This document shows positions 38,419 through 51,963 of a stretch of DNA of 60,000 nucleotides, one piece after another. Source of the stretch: Malacoraja senta (lineage: Eukaryota); contig CM075989.1 of assembly GCA_038087875.1 (NCBI GenBank), positions 11,658,001 to 11,718,000 of the forward strand, given 5' to 3'. Position numbers and translations under genes: made by a program. Every line of letters begins with the position of its first letter. Position 1 is the stretch's first letter. The notes under the pieces were generated by a model. That model worked only from the letters and a program-made list of their open reading frames with translations. It did no database searches and was not told the DNA's origin.

Positions 38419-38550
38419 CTGAAGAAGGGTCTCGACCCGAATCGTCACCCATTCCTTCTCTCCAGAGATGCTGCCTGTCCCGCTGAGTTACTCCAGTATT
38501 TTGTATCTATCTTAGATTTAAACCAGTATCTGCAGTTCTTTCCTACACAT
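38419..38550 (+). mobile_element. Short Penelope-derived hammerhead element with 12-bp TSD
   Basis: Begins CTGAAGAAGGGTCTCGACCCGAATCGTC; TGAGTAAATGGT at 38407-38418 and 38551-38562. Confidence 0.88.
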
Positions 38551-38989
38551 TGAGTAAATGGTTCAATGGTTTCTTTATTATCACATGTACCGAGGTACAG
38601 TGAAATACTATTTTTGCATTCAGATTAGCAAGATGATCATCATACATAAGCATAATCCCCCAGTTAGTACAAATGTACAGAACAACCTGCTGAGTCTATA
38701 TGCAAGAGGCACCACTTTAAAGTTCCAGCTGCAGCAGGCCACAAACGCCCATTACAGCCGTCTCCTCCATTCTGGTCGTCCTGTGAATCGTCGTCTTTCT
38801 GCTTCCACAGCCCTCTTCAGCCTTTGTTCCCGGTCCCGGGTGGGGGTGGGGGGGGAGCTTCTCCTGAAGCTGACCTTGAGGGCATGGAAGGTAAGACTGG
38901 GCCTTTTGTTCAGCATCAGACTCCGTCGCTGACTCCCTCCACCTCCACTCTGGTTCCTGGTCTTTGGGGGCGACCAGGGGCTGGACTGA

Positions 38990-39750
38990 GCAGTTTCCCC
39001 TGATCGACACCCACCCCCTGTAGAATCCCACCAGGTTCACGTAGGTCTGAGAGGTGGCAGCCATACGAATCTGGTCATAACCTCTTGACAGGAAGGCAGA
39101 AAAGGTGCTGGCAAAGGGCAGAGTCCGAATCCCACACGGCATCAGCCAATCTTCCCTGTCCCGCCTGCAACTGGTCCAAAACGCCGCAGCGAGACTCCTG
39201 ACGGGCACCCGAAAAAGGGACCACATCACCCCGATTCTGGCCTCTCTCCGCTGGCTCCCTGTGCGGTTCCGAATAAATTTCATGTTCCCTCTTTATGTTT
39301 ACAAAGCCCTTAACGGGCTTGCCCCCACCTGCATCAAAAGTCTGCTTACCCACCACACCTCCTCCAGGTCCCTCAGATCAGCCGACTTGGGGTTACTGAA
39401 CATCCCGGGGTCTAGGCATAAGCTCAGGGGTGACCGCACCTCCTAGACTGTGGAACAGCATCCCTCTTCCCATCAGAACTGCCCCCTCCATCGACTCTTT
39501 TAAGTCGAGACTTAAAACTCATCTTTACTCTCAAGCCTTTCTTGACGTCCTCTGACGGAGGGCTATATGTATGTATTTATGTATGTACTTAATCTATGAA
39601 CCACTGTTGTATAACGTTAGTACCTCCACCAATGTAAAGCACTTTGGTCAACGAGAGTTGTTTTTTAAATGTGCTATAGAAATAAAAGTGACTTGACTTG
39701 ACTTGACAGCCCACCGCGACACTGATCATGTTCTGCTCCGCGATGTACAA
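38990..39750 (-). pseudogene. TKT: Transketolase (TKT/TKT-like) retro-fragment interrupted by an L2 LINE
   Basis: Minus 39750-39706 gives LYIAEQNMISVAVGC; minus 39136-39000 gives CGIRTLPFASTFSAFLSRGYDQIRMAATSQTYVNLVG..VSI. Recalled human TKT: [59 protein letters not shown]. Confidence 0.88.
39137..39705 (+). mobile_element. L2-clade LINE, 5'-truncated, young-looking
   Basis: GISQSSLSRLQLVQNAAARLLTGTRKRDHITPILASLRWLPVRFRINF; tail aataaaagtg(acttg)n; ACA on both sides. Confidence 0.9.
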
Positions 39751-39829
39751 GTCGAGTACGTCCTTGGTGGGCTGACAAACTTGCTTCTGTGCAATCTGAC
39801 TCTGTGCCTCTCAGAGAAATGCAGGCACA

Positions 39830-40290
39830 AACAAATGCAGGTTCACCAGGATGGTGCCTTGATTACAGGATACCAGCTATAAGGAGAGGTCAGACAAATT
39901 TGGATTGTTTCTCCAGAGGGGCAGAGGCTGAGGGAAAACCTGATGGAAGTTTACCCAATTATGAGAGACATTAGATGAGGTAGGCATTCAGGACATATTT
40001 TCCAAGGTGGAAATACTGTATTAAGATCAGAGGAGGAATGTTTGGAGGGAGATGTTTCACAGATAATGGTGAGTGCCTGGAACGCGCTGCCAGGGGTGGT
40101 GGACAAGACTGATACGATAGTGGCATTTATGAGCATTTTGGATAGGCACTTGGATATGCAGGTAGTGGAGGGATATGGAGCACTTGCAGGCAGAAATAAT
40201 TAGTGTAAATAGGAATTGGTTGAAATAGGCGTTATGTTCTACCCTGACATTGTGGGCTGCAGAGCCTGGTCCTGCGGTGTATTGTTCTAT
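39830..40290 (+). mobile_element. CR1 LINE 3' fragment, degenerate
   Basis: gcaggttcaccaggatg..gcctggaacgcgctgccaggggtggtgg..gtattgttctatg. Confidence 0.75.
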
Positions 40291-41539
40291 GGTTCAGCTG
40301 CTTGGTTTTGCCTTGACAGAATTCCGTCAATGCGGTTGGGAACAGGAGAAACAACAGCTCCTTCACCCCCCCCCCCCCACCCCCACCCCCACCCCTCCTT
40401 CCCAACCCCATCATCTTTCTCTCTCCTCTCCCCACCATCAACCTCCTCTCCCCACCACTTCCCTCCTCTCCCCATCCCAGTACTGTTATAAAGGACATGT
40501 TCAGTAAACAGCTGCGGCTAATGTGCCCCCAGCCCGTGGAACAACATAACCCAGGGCTTTAACTAATTCTGACAAAGCCTCTCCTCTTTAATTTGTTTGT
40601 CATTTGTTTTCGGGATATTTAATTCTCTGTTGCAGCTGCACTGATCTTCTCATTGTTAACCAAAGATCAATCGCTACAGTGTAGAGAGTTTGTGTGCCTG
40701 GGCTGGTTTTGTCTTTGTGTGTAGTTAGCACCGTTAAATACCAGTTTTACACTGGATTATCATTTATAATCAGAATTTAAATAGGCCTTTTAATCAATTC
40801 CATGCAGTAAGTCGAGGCCAAGTTATCAGTGTTAAACATATTTTTGCTGTGTTTGATCTTGCTCTTGTATATCGGTCTGGTCCTATCTTTCTCTACCACT
40901 CTGCCAATCCTGCTGTCTGTCAGTATCTGTCAACCTCTCTCTCTTTCTCTGTTCCTCCTTTGGGAGGTGTAGCTGGGACCCCTCTTCCCCTTGGCATATG
41001 CCCAGCTGACATTCTGTGATGTGACTTTGCACAACACAGAAGGCCTTTCATTCAGGTTAACGCAGGCTCTCATCACTGTTCCAGCAACGGCAGGGCCCAT
41101 TGTGCAGACGCACAATTCACCAGCTGTGACAAGCTGCGCCCATCGCTGCTCCCCTCGATCGGCACAGAGCTGAGCCCAGCTGCAACATTCGTGACGGCTT
41201 CACCACTCAAATTGCCCAGTCCCTGGTCAACCTCTGCTCCCCATAGCCCAGCCCCCCCCCCGCAGGCTAATGCAGCACAAAAGATTACTGAAACACTTCA
41301 CGTCAAGTTTGTATCCTGTCGGCTGCTTGCCAAGGATGACTCTTTATTTTTCCAGAATATATAGACACGGACAGAAGAAGGACAAATCCAAGGGAGTGAC
41401 CTGAGAGGCAGCGATCTGGGAGGTGTATGTGCAGGGGAGGTTGGGGGCTGTGGTCTCCACGTCGAAGGTGAGGCTTGTGCCCAGCAATAACTCCACGGGT
41501 CAGAAGCACCTCAAGCATGTTCCTCCAATCTCCCTTCTG

Positions 41540-41785
41540 CCCAACGAGTCCACGCTGACCACCAATCCTCGTACACTAGCACTATCCTACACACTAGGGC
41601 CAATTTACAATTTTACAGGTCAATTAACCTACTTTGGAGAGTAGGAGGAAACCGGAGCACCCGGAGAAAACCTACTTGATCACAGGGAAAACATACAAAC
41701 TCTGTACAGACAGCACCTGTAGTTAGGATTGAACCCAGCTCTCTGGCGTTGTAAGGCAGCAACTCTACCGCTGCACCACTGTGCC
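41540..41785 (-). mobile_element. V-SINE (HE1-like)
   Basis: ggaggaaaccggagcacccggagaaaacc..gattgaaccc..ctctaccgctgcaccac. Other copies at ~27515-27840(+), 44500-44770(+), 48745-49070(-) and 50826-51150(+). Confidence 0.85.
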
Positions 41786-42534
41786 TCCCACAAACAGCGA
41801 CATTGTAATGACAAGGTAGTTGGTTTTATGGTGGTGGGGAGAATAATTATTGATGCTGTGGGGAAACTTAATTTAACCTCGCTCTGAAGGCATTATCTCA
41901 AAGAGTGCAGTATTTCTCTGAGACCACACTGGATTCTCTGGAGTGGGATTTAGACCTGGCACCTTTAACCAAAAGGTAAAAGTGCAATTCATTGAGACAT
42001 ACCCAGTACCTGCTCTGGGTTTGACCATGTTGTACCCAATGTGGGTTCAATTGTTCTGTACCCAGTCCAGGTTTAAATCCAGTTGACCCACTCTAACACT
42101 GCTTGAGTTGCAGAGGTTAAAGGCTAACCTCTGGAGGAATGCTTCAATCCTATGTACTCTCCTTGTCTAGCAGCGGAATCTGATGCTTCCCGCTGTGAGG
42201 AGATTGAATCATGTGTAATATTCATTATTTATTCAAACAGCACATTGTATCCTAGCTGGGCTTGGATATTTCCTCCACGTATGCTGTGTAAATTGAACGT
42301 TGTATTGACTAGGGGCTAGGTGAGTGTTTTAAGATTACTTTTCCCAGTTAATCTCCCTGTTTTATTTCAGAATTGAGAAATTGTTGCTCTCATCACTGTT
42401 CCATGGGGTTATAAGTAGAGACAAACATTCCTTGCTGGCCATCTGTTCCAGGCTTGTTGTCTGGAGGAATTGCTGGTGGTTTTTCATGGAAGGGGATGCT
42501 GATAATCTCTATGTTACAAGCAGCAGAGACAACT

Positions 42535-43500
42535 TAGAACATAGAACACAGAATACAGAATACAGAACAGTACAGCACTGGAATAGGCCCTTCAGCCCAC
42601 AATGTTTGTGTCAAACACAATGTCTAACTACACTGATCTCATCTGCCTGTACAGGGTCCATATCACCTCTATCCCCTGCACATCCCCATGTTCCTATCTG
42701 AAAGTTTCTTAAATGCCACTATTCTATCTGCCTCCACTACCAACCCGTGGCAGTGTGTTCAGTTCTCCACCCCTCTCTGTGTAAAAAAAACTTGCCCCAC
42801 GCATCTCCATTAAACATTCTGCCTCTCGGCTTATAGCTGTGTCCTCTCGACATTTCTATCCTGGGGGAAAAAAGGTTCTGTCTGTCTACCCTATCTATGT
42901 CTCATAATTTTATACACTGTCCATCTATCAAGTCCTCCCTCAATCTCCAACGTTCCAGAGAAAATAATCCAAGTCTATCCAACCTTTCCTTGTAGCTGTA
43001 GCCCTCTAATCACGGGAACATTCTTGTAAACCTCCCCCACATCGTTCCTGTAATGGGGTGCCAGAACAACATGCAATACTCCAAATGCATCCTAACCAAG
43101 GTCTTATAGAGCTACATCATGATTTCCTGACTCTTATACTCAATGAAGGCAAGCTTACCATATGCTTTGTTTACCCTCCCATCTACCTGCGCTGCCACCT
43201 TCCGTGAACTATGAACTTGGATTCCAAGATCCCTCTGCACATCAATGCTGTTAAGGGTCTTGCCATTAACTGTATATTCTCCCCTTACATACAAGTTCCC
43301 AAAGTGCAACATCTCACACTTGCTTGGATTAAACTCCATCTACCATTTCTACGCCAATTTCTGCAACTGATCTATATCCCGTTGTATCTCCTGAAGGCCT
43401 TCCTCACTTGTCTGAAATTTCTCCAAGTTTGGTATCAGCCGCAGACTTACTCACCAAGCCCATCTACATTTATCTCCAAGTCATTTATATATATCACAAT
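42535..43500 (-). mobile_element. CR1 LINE 3' part
   Basis: MEFNPSKCEMLHFG..QRDLGIQVHSSRKVAAQVD..KAYGKLAFI. Confidence 0.88.
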
Positions 43501-43679
43501 AGATGGAGTCCATCGTGTGAAATACTTTTCAAGTTGGATTATCACTGGGTAATGAGTGGTTAGTGATCACTGCTGTCAACGAGAAATTGTCAGAGGCTTC
43601 ATTGTAGCATTTGGTAAAGCACTATTTAGTAACTTCAGTAAAGTGATGGCCAGTAACAGGTACAGACATTGAGTTGGCA

Positions 43680-44110
43680 GATTTATCTTGTTCACAGATG
43701 TCCGAATCACAGGTGGTGATGGGTCAACATACATGAGAGAGATAGAACACCTGGATGTGTGGTGGCGCAACAAACTCCTCTCGCTCAACGTCAAACACGA
43801 CCGCTGAACTAATTGTTGACTTCAGAAAAGGGATGTCAGGAGACCCCGTGCCTGTTTTTATTAGTGGATCGGCAGTGAAGAAAGTTGGTAGCATCAAATT
43901 GACACCTTGTACGGCTTGACACATAGATGTAATCACAAAGAAGGTGCACCAATGTACAGTATCTACTTTCTTAGAAGTTTATAGAGATTTTGCATGTCAC
44001 CGAATACCCTAACAAACTTCTACAAATGCACTGGTTGCTTCATGGATTGGTACGGCAATTCCCACATCAAGGAAAGCAAGAGGCCGCAGAAAGTGGTGGA
44101 CTCATCTCAG
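43680..44110 (+). mobile_element. Rex/Babar RT fragment, degenerate
   Basis: ..NKLLSLNVKTTAELIVDFRK..; TLTNFYKCT..WYGNS. Confidence 0.7.
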
Positions 44111-47100
44111 TACTGGCTGAGTAACCGGCACAATAACGATGCTCATCACTGGCACAGTAACCGTGGGCAGTCTGTCATCATCAGTAACAGAACACCACAT
44201 TTTCTATTTTTGTTTTTGCACCAATGTCTTGTTTCGCACGTCCTTTTCTTTTTCACTGTCTTGTATAATCGGAATCTGGCACAAGCTATTAAATTGTGCG
44301 CAGAATGATCCCACAAAAGTACTGCAGATAAATACCAAATGTGGATTCTGGGTTCAATATTGGCCCTGGACAACACTGTCCCTGTGATCTTTCACTTCCA
44401 CCTCAGAGGGCAAGTTCCCAATATCAGATGGCACATCCGGTAGCGCAGCTCCCCCGCAGTGCTGCACTGCCCCTCACCTGGAGTGTTGGGCTGGGTTACA
44501 TGCAGCAAGTGGAGCTGCTGCCTCACAGGTTCCATTGTCCCCTGTGATGTCAGTGTGGTGTTTGCTCGCTCCCCCCTGTGTGGGTTTTCTTCCAGGTGCC
44601 CTGGTTTCCTCCCACATCATAAATACTCTGTAACTTGCCCCTGGTGTGTAGGTGAGTGCTAGAATCTGGAAGCAGTCGATTGGAATGTGGGGAGAATTAG
44701 TGGGGAACGGGACTGCTCTGTGAGCCAGCAGAGACTCGATGGGCCGAACAGGCTCCTGTGACATGAGGATATCTGAGTCGATGACTGCGAGTTGCGAAGA
44801 CCACGTGATGCCATTAGATTCTGAAGCCGAACAGGACATTTGGAGAATCTTGACATCATCTGGATCCCTGTGTGTGCGGAGGCTCTGCAGAAATGCAGCA
44901 AAACATTGTCCATCAGTCACGTGGCATGTACTGGATGCAAGGCTGCGTTTAATAGTGTTGTAGTAATTTACTTATTCATGAATTTAAATCACTTGGCTGC
45001 TTGTCAGAATGCAATAAGCCGCACAATGATGAGCAAGAACAAACATTTAGGATAAATCTGCAGTCCTTTCACATCCGAGAGTCCTTCTATGCCCTAGAAC
45101 CCGCAGGACTCCAGTTCTGCCTTCCAGTTCTGCCTTCCCATCCGGTCCTGATCACCTTCACCCCCACCATTGTCAGCCTTGTACTTGGCTCTATGGTAGA
45201 GCCACCGATGAAGATCAATTACTGGTTACTTCTTTACGTGATGGTGGAATGGTTTGCCCAGTTGGTGGAAGAGGTGGATTGTGATGTATCTTTGTCTAGC
45301 AGGTCTACTGACACAAAGAACACAGAGGTACTGACGGTGACACGAGGACTCTTCCCACTTCCGTCAGCGAACTCTGCCCATTGTATTAAGTTCTCCCTCA
45401 GAAACCCACTTGCATGGCTTCAAGCAGGTTGGACGAGTATGACAGTGTTGAGATTATCTTTGAAACTCATCATCTGGAGGCCCAGATCCCAAATCCAGTG
45501 GGGCAGCTGGTGAATTTAAATTCAGTTTAGTCTTAAGGTGTTTCTGTGCAAGTCCAAATGGTTCAACAAGGTCCCTCAGGGAAGGAAGCAAATGTCAGAC
45601 AGTAGTTAGGACTGTTGAACTTTGTCGGTGGCAAAACATAGCGACACCTGAGTTTCTGCCAAGGTGAGGTCTGATGCATGATAAGTAAGTAAGTAAGTAA
45701 GTTTATTGGCCAAGTATTCACATACAAGGAATTTGCCTTGGTGCTCCGCCCACAAGTAACAACATGACAAACAGTTACTGGGTTTCACTGGGTACATGTG
45801 ACAATAAACTATCATTGGAATTCCAACCCCGATCCAGAGTTGCTGACTCTTGACTGCCCTGGAAGTGGCCCTGACACGGTGTACCGTGCAGGAAGGAACT
45901 CCAGATGCTGGTTTAAACCGAAGATAGACATAAAAAGGTGCCCTGTGCCCCTGTCCCTCCCCAGCGATGTGAACGGGATCCTCCCCACCTTCCTGGGGAG
46001 ATGAGTATGAGCAGTAAAGAGCCACGGCCCACAAATGCATCTTTCGCAGTGTGTGCGGCCACGTCAGATGGGGAAGGGGGGCTCTGGCAACCACATTGCC
46101 CAGGTGCCTAGCCCCGTGGGGACAGGTGGGCGGCTGGGAAGGGCTCCGTTGGAGCAGGAGCAGGACTCCATCAGCTCTCGGACGGTGCAAAGCGATAACC
46201 AGTCGTTTTTTGCAGATCTTTCATTAAGTCTATAATTAAATGAGCATTGATCGCAGGGTGGTTGGCAGCAGGAGATGCAGGGAATTGATCACTGCAGTAA
46301 ACCTTCGTCTCTCTGCCGCTGCTGAGGACCCTGCACTCCTCAGGTTGCGTGTCGTGGAGTGGGCTGTCAGTGCTCGCCCCCCCCCCCCATAGTCCTCCTC
46401 TCCCCCCAATAGCAGAGCTATTGGGGGCAGAGGAGGAGCTGACTGATGTTTGAGATGGTTACCCTCGAGGCCGGGAGCTGAGTGGTGAGAGGGTGGTTCC
46501 CCAGTGATCTCCGCTCACTCCCGACTGGTTTCATCACCGTCCTGTGTTGCTCCCCACTCTGTGGGAAGGTGCCTCTGCTGGGGAGCCCCTGTGATGTTCC
46601 ATGTGTTGCTGTGGTTCAGCAGGAGTCGAGCTGTAGAGCTGAGCCCTAGTTCTGACACATGGGCACAGACATTGAGATTAACACTCGGGTACAGTACGAG
46701 CTTGACCGCTGAACTGCCAGAGGTTTGCTTTTTGGAGAAGACTTTTAGAAACATAGAACATAGAAACATGGAAAATAGGGGCAGGAGTAGGCCATTCGGC
46801 CCTTTGAGCCAGCACCGCCATTCAATATAATCATGGCAGATCATCAATAATCAGTACCCTGTTCCTACTTTCTCCAAATATCCCTTGATTCCGTTAGGCC
46901 TACAGATGTCCTCAGAGATACCCAGGCTCAATCCTGACAAAGAGCAAGGGCGTTCTTCCCAATTCACAAACTATAATTTCACAATTATTGTAAAATTCAA
47001 CTGGCTAGTTAATGTATATGTGGATCCTTGGATTTGCAGATGCTGGTTTACAAAAAAAAGATACAAAGTGCTGGAGTAACTCAGTGGGTCAAGCAGCATC

Positions 47101-50100
47101 TTAGAGAACATGGATATGTAGTCATGTATTGTCTTTCCACTAACTGGTTAGCACACATCAAAAGCTTTTCATTACACCTCGGTACACGTGACAATAAACT
47201 AAACTCAAACTCAAACTCAAAAAAAGGTGACGTGTTGGATCGGGATCCTTCTTCAGACTGATTACAGGGATTAGGGGGGGGAGAAAGCTGTAAGAGAGGA
47301 GGGGCAGGCCAAAGCCTGGCAGGTCGTGGGTTGATACGGGGTGGGGGGGGGGGTGGTTGGTAGTTAACGTTCATGTTCTCTCCAGTTCTGCCTGCAGCCT
47401 TTACCCCAGTAGCCACTTTACATCATGAGTCCGGCCAGCAGGTTCAATCAATCAGATTTGCTCCCATAATTGGCATGAACATATGCTTGATTTTAGAAAT
47501 TAATTTGCCGAACAACCCAGTGCAATATTATTCTCAACCAACCCTAGATGATCATCTTATTGCCATAGTACCTTTTCTGGTGGCTCTCCGAGCATCAATT
47601 GCCCTGTTACTACCGTGACCAGACTGTAAGTGCACATCAATAGCTGCAAGTGCTTCAAAGGATCGAAGACATGGAGCAATTTCCTTCTGCCTTTCTTTTC
47701 TAGAAGGCATTCTAGAGTTGTTGACTTTTCAGGACAAGAGATGGCTTGGGCTCCTGCATTAATATTCCAAGCTCTTTGTTTTGTCCACTCCCCCCGTGCT
47801 TTCTTTGAAGACCTGTAATTTTCTTTTTCAAATATTTTATCAACTTCCCCTTTCGAAAGTTACAGAAAGTTTCAAGATTGGCTCGTGGGTATGTTATTTT
47901 ATTATCCCATTGATGCGTATGTCACTGGCAATTCACTCTCCATTCCGCATCGCTTTTGAGCTGAGAGGTCATTGAGGAGTCAAACACATGGGGAAGGTCT
48001 GGAGTCCCAGAGAGGCCGGGTTGCGGAAGGACTGCAGATACCCCTCCCCCCCCCCCCTCCTCCCCCCCCTCCCCATCTCTCAAAGGGCATTAGTGAACCA
48101 GAAAGGGTTTGATGATAACTCAGTGGTACTGCAGGGACCATTATTGAGACCAACATTTTAATTTGTGTTTATTTACATTACACAAGAAGACAGGAGCAGG
48201 AATAGGTCACTCACCCCCCTCAGCTTACCCTGCCATTCAAAATGATATTAAATTATTTGAAGTTTAGTTTCCGAGTGGTTTCAAATTCAGACCTCAAATT
48301 CATAGATCTTTGCTCTGGGAACTGTCTCTGGCCCTACCTACACTTTGAACAATAACTTCATTTCATTCATAACAACCCTTATCTTGGAAAAAAAACATGA
48401 TCCTAAACGTCACCTATCCATGTTCTCCAGAGATGATGTTTGACCCCGCTGAGTTACTCCAGCACTTTGTGTCATTTTGTGTAAACCAGCATCTGCAGTT
48501 CTTTGTTTCTACATTATTTTTCCCATTTTCTCTCTTTGGTATTTTGACAATTTCCATTTTCAAGTTACTGGAATTGTTATCTCGCCAAGCTCATAGTTTG
48601 AAAGAATTACCAAATCCCTCTTAATCTTCTGGACTTCCATTTCTGGTTTCTGCTTTCTCAATAGTCATTACAACTGAAGGTACTCAAAGCTGGGCTCAGC
48701 AGCCCTGATTTTAACAATGCAATGTGTAGGAACTTAGTGTAATTTTGGTTTGGATTAGATTCGTTTTGAGATAGAGTATGGAAACAGGCCCTTTGGCCCA
48801 CCGAGTCCACAACGACCATCGATCACCCGTTCACATTTGTTCTATGTTTTCCCACTTTCTCATCCACTTCCAACACACTGGGGGCAGCAAAGGCCAATTA
48901 ACCTACAAACTTGCACGTCCTTGCGATGTGGAGGGAAGCACGGAGGAAACCCATGCAATCACAGGGAGAACATACGAACTCCACTTTGACAACGCACAAG
49001 GTCAGGATCACATCCGGGTGTCTGGCACTGTGAGGCAGCAGCTCTACCAGCTGTGCTACTGTGCTGCCCATTGATTGTGAGACTCCTGGCTCTTTCTATA
49101 AGTAGCATTGGGTTAACATTGGCACAAACATTTTCAAGATTCAAGATCAAGATTCAAGATTTCCTTTATTGTCATTCAGACCTTTCGGTCTGAACGAAAT
49201 TGTGATGCCTGCAGTCATACACAGAACCAATAATAACAAAACAGACAATAAACACAAATTAAACATCCACCACAGTGAGTTCACCAAGCACATCCTCACT
49301 GTGATGGAGGCAAAGTCTTAGTCTCTGTCTCTTCCCTCCTTGTTCTCCCTCTGCGCTGAGGCGATCGATCCAGGCCGAAGATGCCGCCCTCCAGCCAGCG
49401 GACCTCCATGGTGATGTCACCACCGCCGAAAGCTGGAACGCCGTCTCCGCTCCAATCCCCAAAATTACAACAATCCCCAAAATTGTTAACATTTTACAGT
49501 TAAAACTGATGTGTTATGTGGTAGACAGAGTGAAGCTGTTGATCAGATACATTCTAGCTTCTGGAGAAGCTATATTTTAAAACAAAGCAAATTTATTGAA
49601 TCCCAGTTTAGGTTATTGTACCCTGTGCCACAGGCATTTTCTCTGAAATGGCTGGACTGTAAAACAGACAACTCCCGTGCCGCATGTGACACCTGTGATA
49701 GAATTTGAAAAATCTACTAGTCTCAACTGAGCAATTAAATGACAAATTGGACAGTTTATGTTCTGTGCACATGTGCTATTAATCTCCTAACCACCAAGTT
49801 ATCAAGGGTAACCATTACTTGAGGCAATATACAAAGCAAAATATCCCTGGTACTATATTTGTGCAGAAAAGAAAATCATTTGATAATCTTGCACAAGTAC
49901 TGAGTGATGCAAAAATGTTTGATGCTGGTTCACTTGACGCTCCTTATGAGTTTGACGGATGGTTTTGAATTATGAGGTGCAAAGCCCTTGCAAAATCCCA
50001 GTGGAAGGTTCAGAAGGCTCAAGGAGTGTGTTGGCACCACTGTGGAATTGACTGATTACAGATCTCATTACTGTGGAGCACTTGCTCTGTGTGAATGATG

Positions 50101-51779
50101 GTGGAAGCTTGAATGAAGGTGGGGGAGAGGAGCTTCTGGAGGAACTCCTCACTTGTTGCCGTGCAGCTGAGGCTGAGTCAAGGAGGAGTAAGCAGAGTCT
50201 TTTTTTAATTCAGGGCCTAGGGAGTGCCAATGATGCGATGCATTGATGTACATATTGTTCCTGGGTCGAGAGACTAGTCAATGTAACATCACACGAAGTG
50301 TGAACCAGATAACATATCATCCTTCAAAGGTAATCCAATTGAATAGAAACAAGTTAATCCAAGGGTAGTTCGGGCCTCTTGGAGTGTATGTCATACTTGG
50401 TTTAATGGTGTGAAAGAATCACTGAATATTGTTATAATTCTGCAAAAGGACACATGTGCTGGAGTAACTCAGCAGGTCAGGCAGAATCTCTGGAGAACAT
50501 GAATATGTGATGTTTCAGGTCGAGACTCTTCCTGCCTGAACTGCTGAGCTACTCCACCACTTTGTGTCCTTTTGTTTATTAACCAGAATGTGCAGATCCT
50601 TATTTCTACATAATGTCTCTTCACTTGGTAATGGCATAACGGGCAGATGTGAATTAAACTATAATGTTTCTGCTTATTAAGCAGTCCGTGGATGGAGATA
50701 ACTTGCTCCTACTCCCATGTTGTGGTTTCTATCATATCGGACTTGCTCTCACCCCTTTAAGATAATCACCTCTTTGTAGATCCACAACTCCAGATAAAAA
50801 ATTATGATCAATTGCAAAAAATTAACAGCATGGTGGTGCTGCTAGAGCTGCTGCCCTCGAGACCCAGGTTCGATCCTGACTTCGGGTGCTGTCTGTTAGA
50901 GTTTGCACATTCTCCCTGTGACCGCGTGGGTTTTCCTCAGCTGCTTCAATACCCTCCCACCCACCTCAAAGACAGGCAGGTTTGTAGTTTAATTGGCTGT
51001 TGTAAATTGCTCTTAGTGTATTCGTGAGTGTGAAATCTGGGAGGATTTAATGAGAATGTGGGAAGAATGAAAAATAGGACATGTAGAATTAATGCAAAAG
51101 TGTAGTTAATAGTCAGTTTTGATTTGGTGGGTTGAAATGGCTGTTTCCGTGGTATTTCTGTGGTATTTCTCCTTGATTTTACAATGCCAACCAACCTAGA
51201 TTTGCTAAAAGTGTCTCATTTTCAAATGTGATCATGTGTTTACTACTGGCTATTCAGAGAAAGAAGACGCAGTGTGCATGTGTTTGTGGAAGGCACTTAA
51301 TGAAATACCTTTATGTTTGTGGATGCAAATACCATTCCAGACACTTCCAAAGTCCTGTGTTGGTGATGAGGGTTTGTCACGGGGAGGCCTTTGCACCTTT
51401 CAGGTAAACAACAAGCAAATAAAAGGGTCTTGACCCGAAACGTCACCTATTCCTTTTCTCCAGAGATGTTGACTGTCCCGCTGAGTTACCCCAGCATTTT
51501 GTGTCTATCTTCAGTTTGAAACAGCATCTGCAGTTCCTTCCGACACAAGTAAATATTTTGTTTGGAGGAGGGCACAGAGCCAAGGAGGAAGGGCAAGGAA
51601 CATTCTGGTGGCCATTCCCGTGTACCCTGAATGATGAGGCTGTCGTTGCAACTCAAAATACCGGAGCCTGAATATCAAGGGCCACTCGCTGAATGAGTCT
51701 ATCTTTTACTTCACAGCAATTCCGTCAATTTGTTCATCTGCAATAGTTATTTTAGTTTCTCTATCTATTAATACTGTTG

Positions 51780-51819
<40 letters not shown>

Positions 51820-51930
51820 TTTTCCTTTTCAGAAACTTTATTCGACACAATCATATGATACAACACATCAATACATAATCAAAAATACACTATAGCATTA
51901 AAAAAATCATACAACAGTGCGTTCATTATT

Positions 51931-51931
<1 letters not shown>

Positions 51932-51963
<32 letters not shown>

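Noticed and set aside
38717..39283. 188-aa ORF as a functional transketolase-like gene
   Set aside because: It is a chimera of antisense L2, about 45 codons of TKT and repeat sequence, with no other TKT exons.
45001..45513. 170-aa ORF
   Set aside because: Non-ATG start, no recognisable domain, and it ends in a SINE remnant.
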